Shown: positions 24,673 to 35,054, counted from the stretch's first letter. The stretch is DNA of 64,000 nt from Candidatus Tayloriibacteriota bacterium (GCA_943350765.1 CALRAJ010000001.1:16873-80872), one strand, 5' to 3'. Numbers and translations: made by a program. Notes: generated by a model from the letters alone, not told the origin.

Positions 24673-25923
24673 ATGAAATTCACAATTGAAAAAAAGTTAT
24701 CTGGCAAGCTAGGGCGTGCTGGAAAAATAGAAACACCACATGGGATAATAAATACCCCTGCTTTTATTGTGGTAGGAACAAAAGCCACGGTTAAGGCAAT
24801 GACACCTGAGCAAGTCAAAGACCTCGGTGCGCAAGCTGTTCTTGCAAATACTTACCATCTCTATCTCGAGCCTGGCGAGAAGATTGTTAAAAATGGTGGG
24901 GGATTACACAAATTTATGAACTGGTCTGGACCCACTTTTACTGACTCAGGAGGATTTCAAGCATTCTCTCTTGGTGTTGCTTTTGGTACGACTATTAGTA
25001 AACTTTCTAAACCACAATCAAACAGTTTTGATGAGCGTGAAAAAAAGAGTGAGTCCGTGCGAAGTGAGGGTATGCCACCGCTTGCAAAGATCACCGAGGA
25101 CGGCGTGATATTCAAGTCATACCGTGATGGTAGTGAGCATTTTTTCTCCCCTGAAAAATCCATTGAAATACAAAATAGCATAGGTGCCGATATTATTTTT
25201 GCATTTGACGAGTGTACCTCGCCGACCGCTGATAAAAAGTATCAAAAAGAGGCGATGGACAGGACACATAGGTGGGCGACTCGAAGCCTTGCTAGGCATC
25301 GAGAGTTACAAGTCGAAAGTACAAAGTCAAAAGTTGGGGAGAAAAAAAGCGAACAAGCGATCTTTGGAGTAGTCCAAGGTGGTCGTTTTGAGGATTTACG
25401 AAAAGAAAGCGCGGGAGTTATCGGCTCGATGGACTTTGACGGCTTTGGTATTGGAGGCTCATTTGATAAAGAGGATATTGGCACGGCGGTATCATGGGTA
25501 AACAAAGAGTTGCCAGAAGGGAAGCCACGGCACCTGCTTGGTATTGGTGAGCCAGAAGACTTTTTCCTTGCTATAGAAAACGGCTGTGATACTTTTGATT
25601 GTGTAGCGCCGACGAGGCAAGCACGCAACGGCACTTTGTATACCAAGCAAGGCAAAATACATATTGATAATGCAAAATATCGTGAATACTTTGCACCGAT
25701 TGAGGCAGATTGCATGTGCTATACCTGTAGCCACTATACTCTCGCATATATTGCTTATCTAGCTCGTACCAAGGAGCTTTTGGCACACACACTGTCCTCG
25801 ATACATAACTTACATTTTATTGTTCATCTGGTAGAGGATATTCGGCAGTCTATACTCAACGAAACTTTTGATAAATTTAAAAATAGTTTTTTGGAGGGGT
25901 ATAGGAAGACTGAGAAAAATTAG
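24673..25923 (+). CDS. tgt: queuine tRNA-ribosyltransferase (tRNA-guanine transglycosylase), with two short insertions
   Basis: Contains the Tgt motifs LANTYHL, GGFQAFSLG, DEC and LLGIGEPEDF, plus a zinc site (CMCYTCSHYT). At 416 aa it is somewhat longer than typical Tgt. Confidence 0.85.
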   Translation: MKFTIEKKLSGKLGRAGKIETPHGIINTPAFIVVGTKATVKAMTPEQVKDLGAQAVLANTYHLYLEPGEKIVKNGGGLHKFMNWSGPTFTDSGGFQAFSLGVAFGTTISKLSKPQSNSFDEREKKSESVRSEGMPPLAKITEDGVIFKSYRDGSEHFFSPEKSIEIQNSIGADIIFAFDECTSPTADKKYQKEAMDRTHRWATRSLARHRELQVESTKSKVGEKKSEQAIFGVVQGGRFEDLRKESAGVIGSMDFDGFGIGGSFDKEDIGTAVSWVNKELPEGKPRHLLGIGEPEDFFLAIENGCDTFDCVAPTRQARNGTLYTKQGKIHIDNAKYREYFAPIEADCMCYTCSHYTLAYIAYLARTKELLAHTLSSIHNLHFIVHLVEDIRQSILNETFDKFKNSFLEGYRKTEKN

Positions 25924-26189
25924 TTTGATCGGTAAATGTATTAAAAACCCTTAGTTTGATTTGGGGTATAGTATGGCTATAAAGAGCCATTTGAACGGCT
26001 CATCAGGGCTGTTGAGCCGTTCAAAAACCTTGACTTATTTTTTAAACTAGAATAGTATATAAAGTATGAATCAAACAATTCATTTTAAGAAGCGATATAT
26101 TTGGATGGTCCTCAAACAAGATTTGAGCGCTTCTTTTTGTGATTGTTAATTTTCTCCCATTTCGCTAACCTTTAAACAACAATCCTAAA

Positions 26190-26222
26190 AACGAGCTCTC
26201 AAATATGAGGGCTCGTTTTTTG
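26190..26222 (+). terminator. intrinsic terminator (ACGAGCTCTC-loop-GAGGGCTCGT followed by TTTTTT) with no annotated gene upstream
   Basis: A hairpin plus T-run lies in a 550 bp ORF-poor region. Only a 27-codon ORF (MNQTIHFKKRYIWMVLKQDLSASFCDC) precedes it. Confidence 0.45.
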
Positions 26223-26480
26223 CTAGAAGTATCGAAACATCATGAATTTCAACCAAATCATAACCAAAATGGCATTAAGTAAAGTTTCTCTCAAAGGACT
26301 CTTTTTTTGGCTGGGCAAGATGCATTTTTATTATTATGCATCATTGTGTTTGGATTTTGGCCAAAGAGGTATCGTGAGCATGACAGGATTAGGGTAAGGA
26401 CTTTTTAGCCAGCATCTAAACCAATTTGGTTTAGGCGATATGTTGGTTGTTCCTTGTAACCTATTGCAGAAGTAAATCCT

Positions 26481-27488
26481 ATGAGTGCCACCTACTACAT
26501 AAATCGTGTCGGTTCGTTCAATGAAGTCCTCAAGCGTCGTCGTCAGGATAAAGGTCTGATTCGTTCGTATGTTGACGATTTTGTTGACAAGTACTACGGT
26601 ATCGCTGGGTTCAGTGACCTTGTGCAGTCTCACCTTCCCTTGCCGGTGCAAGAGGCCATCACTCGCTGTCAGTCTGTTGGTGTGCTTGCGAGACAGGTTC
26701 CGGGGATATGTGCCGAAGATGTGGCGATGTATCTCTTGTGTAGTAAGCTCGGTCTTTTGCCTCTGGCTTTGTCCTTTACTCGTGACACTTTTGTAACAAT
26801 GAGTCATGACAAGCGCCATCGTGTGAAGATTCCCTGGGTGGAATGGAGCAAGTCACATAATCCGATCGTCAGATATGAAGACATTTCGGTAGGAGGCATT
26901 GCTAGTATCGAGCGTTGTCGACTGGATTCGATTACAGTCAAAAATGCTCCGTCACTGATCAGCTACCATGAGGGTGTGCGTCAGCAGGTTTTTAACGGCT
27001 CATATCCAATGGGCGATGTTTCCAAGCTTCATGGGGAGTTGCTCGCTCGTGCCACACGCCACATACCAGAAGCGGTGTATCGTGAGGTTGGCAAGATGGA
27101 CACCTTGGTCAACGGATCATATACGGCAGAGGAAGCTCGGGCACTCATTATTCGGCCACCGTCTGAATGGTATTACCCGCTGTATCTCTCGATGTTTGTT
27201 ACTGGTGAACTCGTCCTTCTAGACACTTACGAAAACCCAGATGGTGGGGTTCCAGAAGCGAAGGCACTCTTCGAGAAAACCATGGACGGTCTTGTGCAAG
27301 AGTACGGCTGGATGCCCTTGGTAGTCCAGACAGCTCCACTATGTCTCGATATGATGTTCTGCAACAGACACCTGCTCAGTACGCCCGGTTCAGTGGAAGG
27401 ATTGTGTGATCGAGCAAAATTGTGGCACACGACGACCTACGATGCATCTCGGCATTTTGCTGACATGGCAGTGATGTTTCGTGGGTAG
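26481..27488 (+). CDS. hypothetical protein, 335 aa, in a compositionally atypical (about 50% GC) segment
   Basis: A long ORF with balanced, non-repetitive amino-acid composition, followed by a terminator. No family was recognised. Confidence 0.55.
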   Translation: MSATYYINRVGSFNEVLKRRRQDKGLIRSYVDDFVDKYYGIAGFSDLVQSHLPLPVQEAITRCQSVGVLARQVPGICAEDVAMYLLCSKLGLLPLALSFTRDTFVTMSHDKRHRVKIPWVEWSKSHNPIVRYEDISVGGIASIERCRLDSITVKNAPSLISYHEGVRQQVFNGSYPMGDVSKLHGELLARATRHIPEAVYREVGKMDTLVNGSYTAEEARALIIRPPSEWYYPLYLSMFVTGELVLLDTYENPDGGVPEAKALFEKTMDGLVQEYGWMPLVVQTAPLCLDMMFCNRHLLSTPGSVEGLCDRAKLWHTTTYDASRHFADMAVMFRG

Positions 27489-27513
27489 ATAATCACATGT
27501 TCTACATGTGTCA

Positions 27514-27550
27514 TGTGTTGGGCTATTTTCAAACCCCACACATGTTTTTT
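27514..27550 (+). terminator. intrinsic terminator (TGTGTTGGG...CCCCACACA followed by TGTTTTTT)
   Basis: A hairpin plus T-run lies directly after the stop of the 26481-27488 gene. Confidence 0.45.
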
Positions 27551-27598
27551 AGTTATCTGTTTTAGATAAAGGTTGTTATAATTAATTATATTAGTAAT

Positions 27599-28582
27599 AT
27601 GAAAGTAAAAAATGAAAAAGTATTCAAATCAATAAATGGCGTAAAGGCACTTACCAGACTAGGTACTAGACAAGGTATTGTAGCCGAGCGTGCTCGGGAG
27701 TATATTTGCAAAGTTTTGGAACAATATCAGACACCATTTGTTGTCGAGAATTTTGATACAGATATTCCTGTATTCAAAAAAGCTACACTAATGATTAATG
27801 GTAAAAAGGAGCCGTGTATCGGATGTGGAATGACAAGTGGTGAAATCCCTACTACAAACATCGCGAGTTCTCTCATGTCCTCTAGATTTTTGATAGACAC
27901 GCCTACAATCTATATAAACCAAAAATGTTCCGTCGCCTCGCCTACCAACTTTTCTTTTGCACCAGCGATAGCCATTTCTCCAAAGACAGCTAAAAAGCTT
28001 CTCACCGCGAAAAAAGCACAAGCTTCCCTCGAGGTCACAAGACAGAAAACTTCTGCCAATTTACTGATCGTAGGGAATACTACCGACCCAAAAACAATAA
28101 TTTTCTCTCATTACGATTCTTTAGGTCCAGGAGCGATCGATAATGCAAGTGGTACATCTGTGGCACTCACTGTCGCTCTAAGGTGTTTTAAAGAGGGTAT
28201 TTTAGACCAGGTGCTTTTTGTTTTTGATGGTAATGAAGAGATTTCCTATGATTATCCAAAATACTGGGGACATGGTTACCGAGTGTTCGAGGAACGATAT
28301 ACGAAAGTGTTAGAAAACGCTAAAGAAGTCTTGGTTGTCGATTGTGTTGGTAATGGGGTGAATAGTTTTATTCAGGACGAAGAAATCTTAAAACTTGCTT
28401 TTCCGCTAAAAAATATTGCTCAAATTAAAGACAAAATCTTTTTGCTCTCTGGTGATATCGATGATTTGATGACGGTCTATCACTCGGAGAAGGACACTCA
28501 ACAGAAAGTCACCTCGAAATCACTTGAGCAAGCGGAGAAACTCCTTTTTGAGCGTATTTACGAAGGTACTAAAAAATGCTAG
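27599..28582 (+). CDS. M28-family zinc peptidase (aminopeptidase-like)
   Basis: Contains the M28 signatures HYDSLGPGAIDNASGTSVAL and FVFDGNEE. Confidence 0.7.
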   Translation: MKVKNEKVFKSINGVKALTRLGTRQGIVAERAREYICKVLEQYQTPFVVENFDTDIPVFKKATLMINGKKEPCIGCGMTSGEIPTTNIASSLMSSRFLIDTPTIYINQKCSVASPTNFSFAPAIAISPKTAKKLLTAKKAQASLEVTRQKTSANLLIVGNTTDPKTIIFSHYDSLGPGAIDNASGTSVALTVALRCFKEGILDQVLFVFDGNEEISYDYPKYWGHGYRVFEERYTKVLENAKEVLVVDCVGNGVNSFIQDEEILKLAFPLKNIAQIKDKIFLLSGDIDDLMTVYHSEKDTQQKVTSKSLEQAEKLLFERIYEGTKKC

Positions 28583-28592
28583 TATCCTCCTC

Positions 28593-30689
28593 ATGTCCAT
28601 TTTTGCACTCACATCAGAATTTGAGCCAGCGGGGGATCAGCCAAAGGCTATTGAGGCTTTGGTAAAAGGTTTCAAAAAGGGTATGCGACACCAGACACTG
28701 CTCGGTGTTACAGGCTCAGGTAAGACTTTTACGGCTGCCAATGTGATCGCACAGCTCGATAAGCCCACCCTCGTCATAGCTCACAACAAAACTCTAGCTG
28801 CCCAGCTCGCACAAGAGTACCGAGAATTTTTCCCTAAAAATGCGGTACACTACTTTGTCTCATATTATGATTACTATCAGCCAGAGGCGTACATGCCCAT
28901 CACAGATACTTATATCGAAAAAGAGGCAATGATCAATGATGAAATCGACCGCCTTAGACACGCTTCGACCCAAGCACTTTTAACTCGAAAGGATGTGATT
29001 ATCGTGGCATCAGTTTCCTGTATCTATGGTCTCGGCTCGCCAGTAGAGTATGAAAAAGTGAATCTTAAACTCGAGGTCGGCGCCACATTACCCAGAGCAG
29101 ACCTACTTCGGAAGTTGGTGGAACTGCATTTCAAAAGAACTCATGCCGATCTGGAGCCTGGGACTTTTCGTGCTATCGGTAACTCAGTGGAGATAATGCC
29201 AGTAAATGAACAGATTATTTTCCGTCTCGAGCACGATGGCTCAATAATATCTGGTATAACCAAAATCGACCACATTTCTCGTCGGCTCATTGAGGTTGTA
29301 CCTGTTTTCTACCTTTTTCCTGCAAAACATTTTATTTCTGATTTGGCTCAACAGAAAAGAGCTTTTAATACCATCAAAGCAGAGTTGGAAAGTCGCCTCG
29401 TGGAGCTGACAGCACAGGGTAAAAATCTTGAAGCCGAGAGACTCAAGCGACGAGTGAGCTATGACCTCGCACTTATACGAGAGGTAGGCTATTGCAATGG
29501 CATCGAAAATTATTCCCGACATTTTTCAGATAAAAAGCCCGGCGAAGCACCTGACTCACTACTAGCGTATTTTCCTCGTACCGTAGATGGCAAGCCTGAC
29601 TTTATGACAGTGATAGACGAGTCGCATGTAACCGTGCCACAGATAGGTGGTATGTATGCTGGAGATGCTTCGAGAAAAAAGACACTTGTGGAGCATGGCT
29701 TTCGACTTCCTTCGGCGGGGGATAATCGACCGCTAAAGTCAGAGGAGTTTTTTGAGCGTGTTGGTCAGATTCTCTACACATCTGCCACGCCGAGTGATCA
29801 TGAGAAAAAGGTGAGTGAGCAAATAGTACAACAAGTGATCCGACCGACAGGACTAATCGATCCAGAAATAGTCGTCAAACCAATTATTGAAAGTGGCGAG
29901 TACCGGGCTAAATCATCTACTGATGATCGCCCGACCCATCCAGAGGATGGGTATAGGGGGCAGATTTTTGACTTTATTTCTGAAGCAGAAAAAGTTATCA
30001 AAAGAGGTTTTCGAGTGATCGCGACAACACTCACTAAAAAGATGGCGGAAGACCTGAGTATTTATTTAAAGGAAAAAGGTATCAAGTCAGAATACTTACA
30101 TAGTGATATAAAGACGATGCAAAGAATTGAGATTTTGACTCAGTTTAGAAAAGGGGAGTTTGACTGTATTGTGGGGGTAAACCTGCTTCGAGAGGGACTC
30201 GATCTTCCTGAGGTAGAGCTTATTGGTATTCTAGATGCAGACAAAGAAGGTTTTTTGCGTTCTGAGACGGCACTTATCCAAACTATTGGTCGTGCGGCTA
30301 GAAATGTGCTAGGTCGAGTAATCCTCTATGCAGATGTAATGACAGGTTCTATGACTAGAGCAATAGCTGAGACAAACCGTCGCCGTGCTTTGCAAACTGC
30401 CTATAATACAGCTCACAATATCACACCGCAAACCATTATTAAAAAGATTCACGATATCACCGACCAGATGCGTACTGAGCATGATAAAGCAATCAAAGTC
30501 CTTTTGGATGTTGACCGTGCCTTGTATGCTAAAAATCCCAAAAAAGTAATGAAGGAAAAAGAAAATCAGATGGCTGAGGCTGTGAAAGAGCTTGATTTTG
30601 AAACTGCCGCGATTTTGAGAGATGAGATACGGGTGTTGCAGATACCTGCAAAAGCTAGGAGTACTAATAATAGTAATAAAAAGAAATAA
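28593..30689 (+). CDS. uvrB: excinuclease ABC subunit B
   Basis: The N-terminus reads FEPAGDQPKAIEALV and carries Walker A (GVTGSGKTFT). Helicase motifs are present, and a C-terminal UvrB/UvrC interaction motif (ELDFETAAILRDEI) closes the protein. The ORF opens at 28524 and overlaps the previous gene; the start at 28593 was chosen because it gives a UvrB-like N-terminus. Confidence 0.9.
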   Translation: MSIFALTSEFEPAGDQPKAIEALVKGFKKGMRHQTLLGVTGSGKTFTAANVIAQLDKPTLVIAHNKTLAAQLAQEYREFFPKNAVHYFVSYYDYYQPEAYMPITDTYIEKEAMINDEIDRLRHASTQALLTRKDVIIVASVSCIYGLGSPVEYEKVNLKLEVGATLPRADLLRKLVELHFKRTHADLEPGTFRAIGNSVEIMPVNEQIIFRLEHDGSIISGITKIDHISRRLIEVVPVFYLFPAKHFISDLAQQKRAFNTIKAELESRLVELTAQGKNLEAERLKRRVSYDLALIREVGYCNGIENYSRHFSDKKPGEAPDSLLAYFPRTVDGKPDFMTVIDESHVTVPQIGGMYAGDASRKKTLVEHGFRLPSAGDNRPLKSEEFFERVGQILYTSATPSDHEKKVSEQIVQQVIRPTGLIDPEIVVKPIIESGEYRAKSSTDDRPTHPEDGYRGQIFDFISEAEKVIKRGFRVIATTLTKKMAEDLSIYLKEKGIKSEYLHSDIKTMQRIEILTQFRKGEFDCIVGVNLLREGLDLPEVELIGILDADKEGFLRSETALIQTIGRAARNVLGRVILYADVMTGSMTRAIAETNRRRALQTAYNTAHNITPQTIIKKIHDITDQMRTEHDKAIKVLLDVDRALYAKNPKKVMKEKENQMAEAVKELDFETAAILRDEIRVLQIPAKARSTNNSNKKK

Positions 30690-30725
30690 TAGCATAAACC
30701 ATACTGGCTGTGGTAAATTGCTTTA

Positions 30726-30965
30726 TTGCATAATTTAATATATAATCAAACTATGAAAAATATCTCATCAAGTGACTTATTTGCAAGGCCGTCATTTATA
30801 GAGGGGATTGCGCGTATCGTTGATTTGGGCGGAAATCTTCAGGAATATAATGTATCTGAGACCGAAGCTGAAGCAGATGAAAATGCAATAGGAAATGATT
30901 GGCGGATCGTCGGTCAGGATTTGAGTAATTCTTTTAAGAGATATGAACGCGGTTCCACAAAATAA
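30726..30965 (+). CDS. small hypothetical protein, 70-79 aa, overlapping the start of the next gene (possible operon partner)
   Basis: The ORF overlaps the next gene by 23 nt with a frame shift. No family was recognised. Confidence 0.3.
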   Translation: MHNLIYNQTMKNISSSDLFARPSFIEGIARIVDLGGNLQEYNVSETEAEADENAIGNDWRIVGQDLSNSFKRYERGSTK

Positions 30966-31347
30966 AAAAAATGCTGTTGTAATTCAACGAAGCTCATCTT
31001 CTTTTTCTGGACCACTGCCACACCCAGATATTTTGAGGAGTTTTGATGAAGTTGTCCCTGGATCGGCCGAAAGAATTATAAAGATGGCAGAGGAGCAGTC
31101 TAGTCATCGTAGAAATCTTGAAAATATGGTGATTGATTCAGATATTAAAAGATCTAAGTGGGGTCAGGTTTTGGGTTTTATACTTTCTCTTATTGGTTTG
31201 GTTGTGGCTGGTTTTGTCTCTGTATATGGTAATCCAATTGCAGGTAGCGTTATCGGTGTCGGTACACTAGGTTCTTTGGTCGGTATTTTTATGTACGGTT
31301 CAAAGACAAGGAGTCGTGAAAGAGATGATAGGAAGGAAAATAAATAA
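30943..31347 (+). CDS. DUF2335-like membrane protein
   Basis: An N-terminal GPLPHPDILRSFDEVVPGSAERIIKMAEEQSSHRR motif resembles the DUF2335 family. Two C-terminal TM helices follow. Confidence 0.45.
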   Translation: MNAVPQNKKNAVVIQRSSSSFSGPLPHPDILRSFDEVVPGSAERIIKMAEEQSSHRRNLENMVIDSDIKRSKWGQVLGFILSLIGLVVAGFVSVYGNPIAGSVIGVGTLGSLVGIFMYGSKTRSRERDDRKENK

Positions 31348-31409
31348 TCTAGTCTTTACATTTTGCTTGGCAGTAGTACAATTACCCATACATAATCATT
31401 AATATACAT

Positions 31410-31820
31410 ATGGCAGACACACAAATCGGTACATCTCTCGAGGGGAAAAAAGTAATGTGGGTAGAGGACGATAATTTCCTCAGTGGACTTATTGGTAAAA
31501 AGCTTGCACATGAGAAGGCGATTCTTTTTAGTGCAAACAATGGTGAAGATGCTGTAGTGATGATAGAAAAAGAGCATCCAGATGTGCTTTTGTTGGATAT
31601 TTTGCTTCCAGGTATCACTGGTCTACAGGTACTTCAAAAGATAAAAAGCAATCCTACTACAAAGGATATTCCTGTACTTTTACTTTCAAACCTTGGTCAG
31701 AAAGCAGATATTGATAAAGGAGCACAGCTCGGGGCGGAAAAGTTTCTCATCAAAGCTACGCTGTCTCTCGATGAGATAGTACGAGAAGTAAAAAGTGTGA
31801 TTGCAAAAAAGACAGTATAA
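31410..31820 (+). CDS. single-domain response regulator (CheY-like receiver), orphan
   Basis: A REC domain with an acidic pocket (VEDD), the phospho-acceptor context LLLDILLPG, and LLSNLG / KFLIK motifs. There is no output domain and no adjacent kinase. Confidence 0.75.
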   Translation: MADTQIGTSLEGKKVMWVEDDNFLSGLIGKKLAHEKAILFSANNGEDAVVMIEKEHPDVLLLDILLPGITGLQVLQKIKSNPTTKDIPVLLLSNLGQKADIDKGAQLGAEKFLIKATLSLDEIVREVKSVIAKKTV

Positions 31821-31931
31821 TTTGGGGTATAAACCTAAACGGCTAAACACTAGTGTTTAGCCGTTTAAAGCTAGTACTAGAGCCGTATTTTAGCTCAAAG
31901 GCTCAACGGTGTTTATCGTTGAGCCTTTGAT

Positions 31932-31976
31932 GGAGGTATCCCCCGAAAATCATTAGATTTTCGGGGGATACCTCCA
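31932..31976. repeat. perfect 20 bp hairpin GGAGGTATCCCCCGAAAATC / GATTTTCGGGGGATACCTCC (CCCCGAAAAT family)
   Basis: Read from the sequence. It sits between the response-regulator gene and uvrA, together with GGCTAAAC and GGCTCAAC hairpins at 31841-31935. Confidence 0.5.
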
Positions 31977-32029
31977 GTAATTCACTATTTTTATTGTGTA
32001 TAAGCTAAAAACCTGATATAATCCGTTTT

Positions 32030-34690
32030 ATGTCAAAAGCACAGTACCATCACCCGGGTATAGATTCTATTGTTATAAAAGGAGCGAGAACTCATAATCT
32101 AAAAAATATAAGTGTCGAAATACCACGCAATAAAATGGTGGTTTTTACGGGTTTATCTGGCTCTGGAAAATCATCACTTGCTTTCGATACTATTTTTGCT
32201 GAGGGTCAGAGGCGTTATGTCGAATCATTGTCCTCATACGCTAGACAGTTTCTCCGTCAGATGCAAAAGCCAGATGTCGATGAAATCACAGGACTTTCGC
32301 CAGCTATTTCTATTGATCAAAAGTCACGGTCAAACAACCCTCGTTCGACTGTCGCCACAATTACTGAGATTTATGACTATCTCCGTATTCTCTATGCTCG
32401 CATAGGTAAGCCCCATTGTCTCGAATGTGGTTCAGAAATAAAAAAGTTGTCGAACGAGGAAATAAAAAACTTTGTACTTGAAAAAGTAGACAAGGCTTCA
32501 TCTCACCATGCCGATTTTATAGAAATATTTTCACCACTGGTGCGAGGACGAAAAGGCGAGTATTACCAGCTTCTATATGATCTACTGGGCAAGGGCTATA
32601 GTGAAGTCCTTATAGATGGTAGTAGAAAAAAGCTTCGTGAGCAGATAGTTTTGACTAAAAATAAACGCCACGATATAGCGGTACTTGTAGACCGTATTCG
32701 TATTGTCGATTTTAAAACTGATACAAGGTCATCACTCGAGCGACTCAGCGAGTCATTGGAAAAAGCTTTGCAGGAGTCAGATGGTCTTATTCGCATTATT
32801 CTTTCAGACACTACTAAACAAGTAAAAGACAAAATCGAGGCAAGTGATAGACCAGATCTAGCGGGAGCCATTTCCCCAGTCATGCTTGAAACCAAAGATC
32901 TGAGTATTAAAGAGGATTTTCTGATGTCTTCTAAATTTGCTTGTCCAAAAGATGGCTATTCGTATCCAGAAATAGAGCCGAGACTTTTTTCATTTAACTC
33001 ACCATACGGAGCCTGTCCAGAATGTAATGGTTTGGGTACAAAGCAGTTTTTCGGTGATGAGCCATGTGAAAAATGTAAAGGGGCTCGTCTGCGTGAGGAG
33101 GCGCTTCATGTTACAGTGGGTGGGAAAAATATCGTTGATTTTACCACACTTTCGATATCGGATTCAGAGGTATTTCTTGCCGATTTAAAACTCACAGCAA
33201 CTGAGAAAAACATTGCAAAAGTTATTTTAAAAGAAATAGAAAGTCGGCTCACCTTTATGATCAATGTCGGTATAGAGTATCTATCTCTCAATCGTCGAGC
33301 GCATACTCTTTCAGGTGGTGAGGCACAGCGTATCAGACTAGCTTCACAGCTCGGCTCAGGTCTCGTCGGTGCATTGTATGTATTAGATGAGCCGACTATT
33401 GGGTTACACTCTCGTGATAATGACCGACTGATAAAAACTCTTGTAGACCTTCGAGATGCAGGTAACAGTATTTTGATTGTTGAGCATGATGAGGATACTA
33501 TCTATGCATCTGATTTTATTGTGGATATTGGACCAGGGGCGGGAATACATGGTGGTAAAATAGTGGTGGCAGATTATCTAGAGCCACTCTTGACCGCAAA
33601 GAAAAATGATTCAGAATCGCTTACCCTCGACTATCTCCGTGGTGAGCGAAAAATAGAAATACCTAAAACTCGCCGTGATAAAGACAAAGGCAAGATAATG
33701 ATCCGTGGAGCGAATGTATTTAATTTGAAAAATGTCAATGTCGATATTCCACTCGGCAAGCTCGTGCTGGTGACTGGTGTATCTGGGTCAGGTAAATCAT
33801 CTCTCATCTATGAGGTGGTCTATAAGAATCTCCAAGCTCGACTAGAGAGGCGTCATCGTACAAATGATGTTTACTACTGCGCCTCATTTTCAGGGAGCGA
33901 ATATCTAGGTAGAGTGGTGCTTATTGACCAGTCGCCAATAGGTCGTACACCTCGCTCAAACCCTATGACCTATACTGGTGCTTGGAGTTTTGTGCGAGAG
34001 CTTTTTGCGGAGTCTGCTGAGGCTCGAGTGCGTGGCTGGAAGGCAAATCGTTTTTCATTTAATGTAAAAGGTGGCCGTTGTGAGGCGTGTCAGGGTAACG
34101 GTGAGATAGCGGTAGAGATGCACTTTTTGCCAACCGTCTATGTGCCGTGTGAAGTATGTGAAGGTAGGCGTTTTATGAAAGAGACACTCGAAATAAAATA
34201 TAAACACAAAAATATATATCAGGTATTGTGTATGACGGTGGAGGAAGGGCTGGTATTTTTTGAAGATATTCCTGCGGTGTATGATAGGCTCAAGAGTTTG
34301 AATGATGTAGGTTTGGGATATTTGGAATTGGGGCAATCCGCTACCACTCTTTCTGGTGGGGAAGCTCAGAGAGTCAAGGTTTCCTCCGAGCTGTATCGTC
34401 CACATATTCAAAAAACTATGTATATTTTAGATGAGCCATCTATTGGTCTGCACTATGAGGATGTGCGAAAGCTAATAGAAATCGTCCAAAAGCTCGTAGA
34501 CAAAGGTAATACGGTGGTGGTCATCGAGCATAATATGGATATTGTAAAGTCTGCGGATTATGTAATCGATATTGGACCCGAAGGTGGGGACAAGGGTGGA
34601 AAAATCGTGGCAAAAGGTACGCCCGAGGATGTGGCAGGGAATGAAAAGTCTTATACAGGACATTATTTGAAAAAGGTGCTAAAGAAATAA
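32030..34690 (+). CDS. uvrA: excinuclease ABC subunit A
   Basis: Two ABC ATPase modules are present ([10 protein letters not shown] / [10 protein letters not shown]), with LSGGE signature motifs and zinc-finger cysteines (CPKDGY...CPECNG; CEACQGNG...CEVCEG). Confidence 0.9.
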   Translation: MSKAQYHHPGIDSIVIKGARTHNLKNISVEIPRNKMVVFTGLSGSGKSSLAFDTIFAEGQRRYVESLSSYARQFLRQMQKPDVDEITGLSPAISIDQKSRSNNPRSTVATITEIYDYLRILYARIGKPHCLECGSEIKKLSNEEIKNFVLEKVDKASSHHADFIEIFSPLVRGRKGEYYQLLYDLLGKGYSEVLIDGSRKKLREQIVLTKNKRHDIAVLVDRIRIVDFKTDTRSSLERLSESLEKALQESDGLIRIILSDTTKQVKDKIEASDRPDLAGAISPVMLETKDLSIKEDFLMSSKFACPKDGYSYPEIEPRLFSFNSPYGACPECNGLGTKQFFGDEPCEKCKGARLREEALHVTVGGKNIVDFTTLSISDSEVFLADLKLTATEKNIAKVILKEIESRLTFMINVGIEYLSLNRRAHTLSGGEAQRIRLASQLGSGLVGALYVLDEPTIGLHSRDNDRLIKTLVDLRDAGNSILIVEHDEDTIYASDFIVDIGPGAGIHGGKIVVADYLEPLLTAKKNDSESLTLDYLRGERKIEIPKTRRDKDKGKIMIRGANVFNLKNVNVDIPLGKLVLVTGVSGSGKSSLIYEVVYKNLQARLERRHRTNDVYYCASFSGSEYLGRVVLIDQSPIGRTPRSNPMTYTGAWSFVRELFAESAEARVRGWKANRFSFNVKGGRCEACQGNGEIAVEMHFLPTVYVPCEVCEGRRFMKETLEIKYKHKNIYQVLCMTVEEGLVFFEDIPAVYDRLKSLNDVGLGYLELGQSATTLSGGEAQRVKVSSELYRPHIQKTMYILDEPSIGLHYEDVRKLIEIVQKLVDKGNTVVVIEHNMDIVKSADYVIDIGPEGGDKGGKIVAKGTPEDVAGNEKSYTGHYLKKVLKK

Positions 34691-34725
34691 TTTGGGGTAA
34701 ATTAAGACCAATAGTATCCAAAACA

Positions 34726-34753
34726 AAAAGGGAGTTGCCGGAACTCCCTTTTA
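34726..34753. terminator. bidirectional hairpin AAAAGGGAGTT-GCCGG-AACTCCCTTTT between convergent genes
   Basis: A perfect 11 bp stem is flanked by an A-run and a T-run. It lies downstream of uvrA on the + strand and of the small ORF on the - strand. Confidence 0.5.
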
Positions 34754-34951
34754 GATTTGCAGACCATCAGAGTCATGAGAAACTCTTTTCTCAGATCGAA
34801 CAAATCTGGATGCTGGTACAGTCTCCTCAATTGTTGTAAAGACCCATCGAACACGGAGGCTATCCGATCGAGTGAGTGGCTCTATGACCAAGGCGCGTAG
34901 CCCATCACTCGTGACCACATACTGTCCAGCAAATATCTGGTATGCTTGCAT
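34751..34951 (-). CDS. small hypothetical protein, 66 aa, GC-rich
   Basis: An AGGAAA ribosome-binding-like motif lies upstream. The gene ends at the bidirectional terminator. No family was recognised. Confidence 0.3.
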   Translation of the reverse strand: MQAYQIFAGQYVVTSDGLRALVIEPLTRSDSLRVRWVFTTIEETVPASRFVRSEKRVSHDSDGLQI

Positions 34952-35054
34952 ATTTCCTTTCCGAGCTAATTACGAATTGGCTCTAATTTGTGCTTTTATG
35001 TAGTCTACTCCTCGTTTGTATCGAATGCAAACTAAAGACTTCGCTCTAACATCC

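Noticed and set aside
25242-25715. 157 aa minus-strand ORF (with 25492-25734 and 25571-25792)
   Set aside because: It is antisense inside tgt, which has all its catalytic and zinc-binding motifs in the + frame.
26334-26819. 161 aa minus-strand ORF overlapping the start of the GC-rich gene
   Set aside because: The + strand ORF 26481-27488 is twice as long, has a downstream terminator and a more protein-like composition. The minus ORF extends into the AT-rich non-coding region and looks like a GC-driven artefact.
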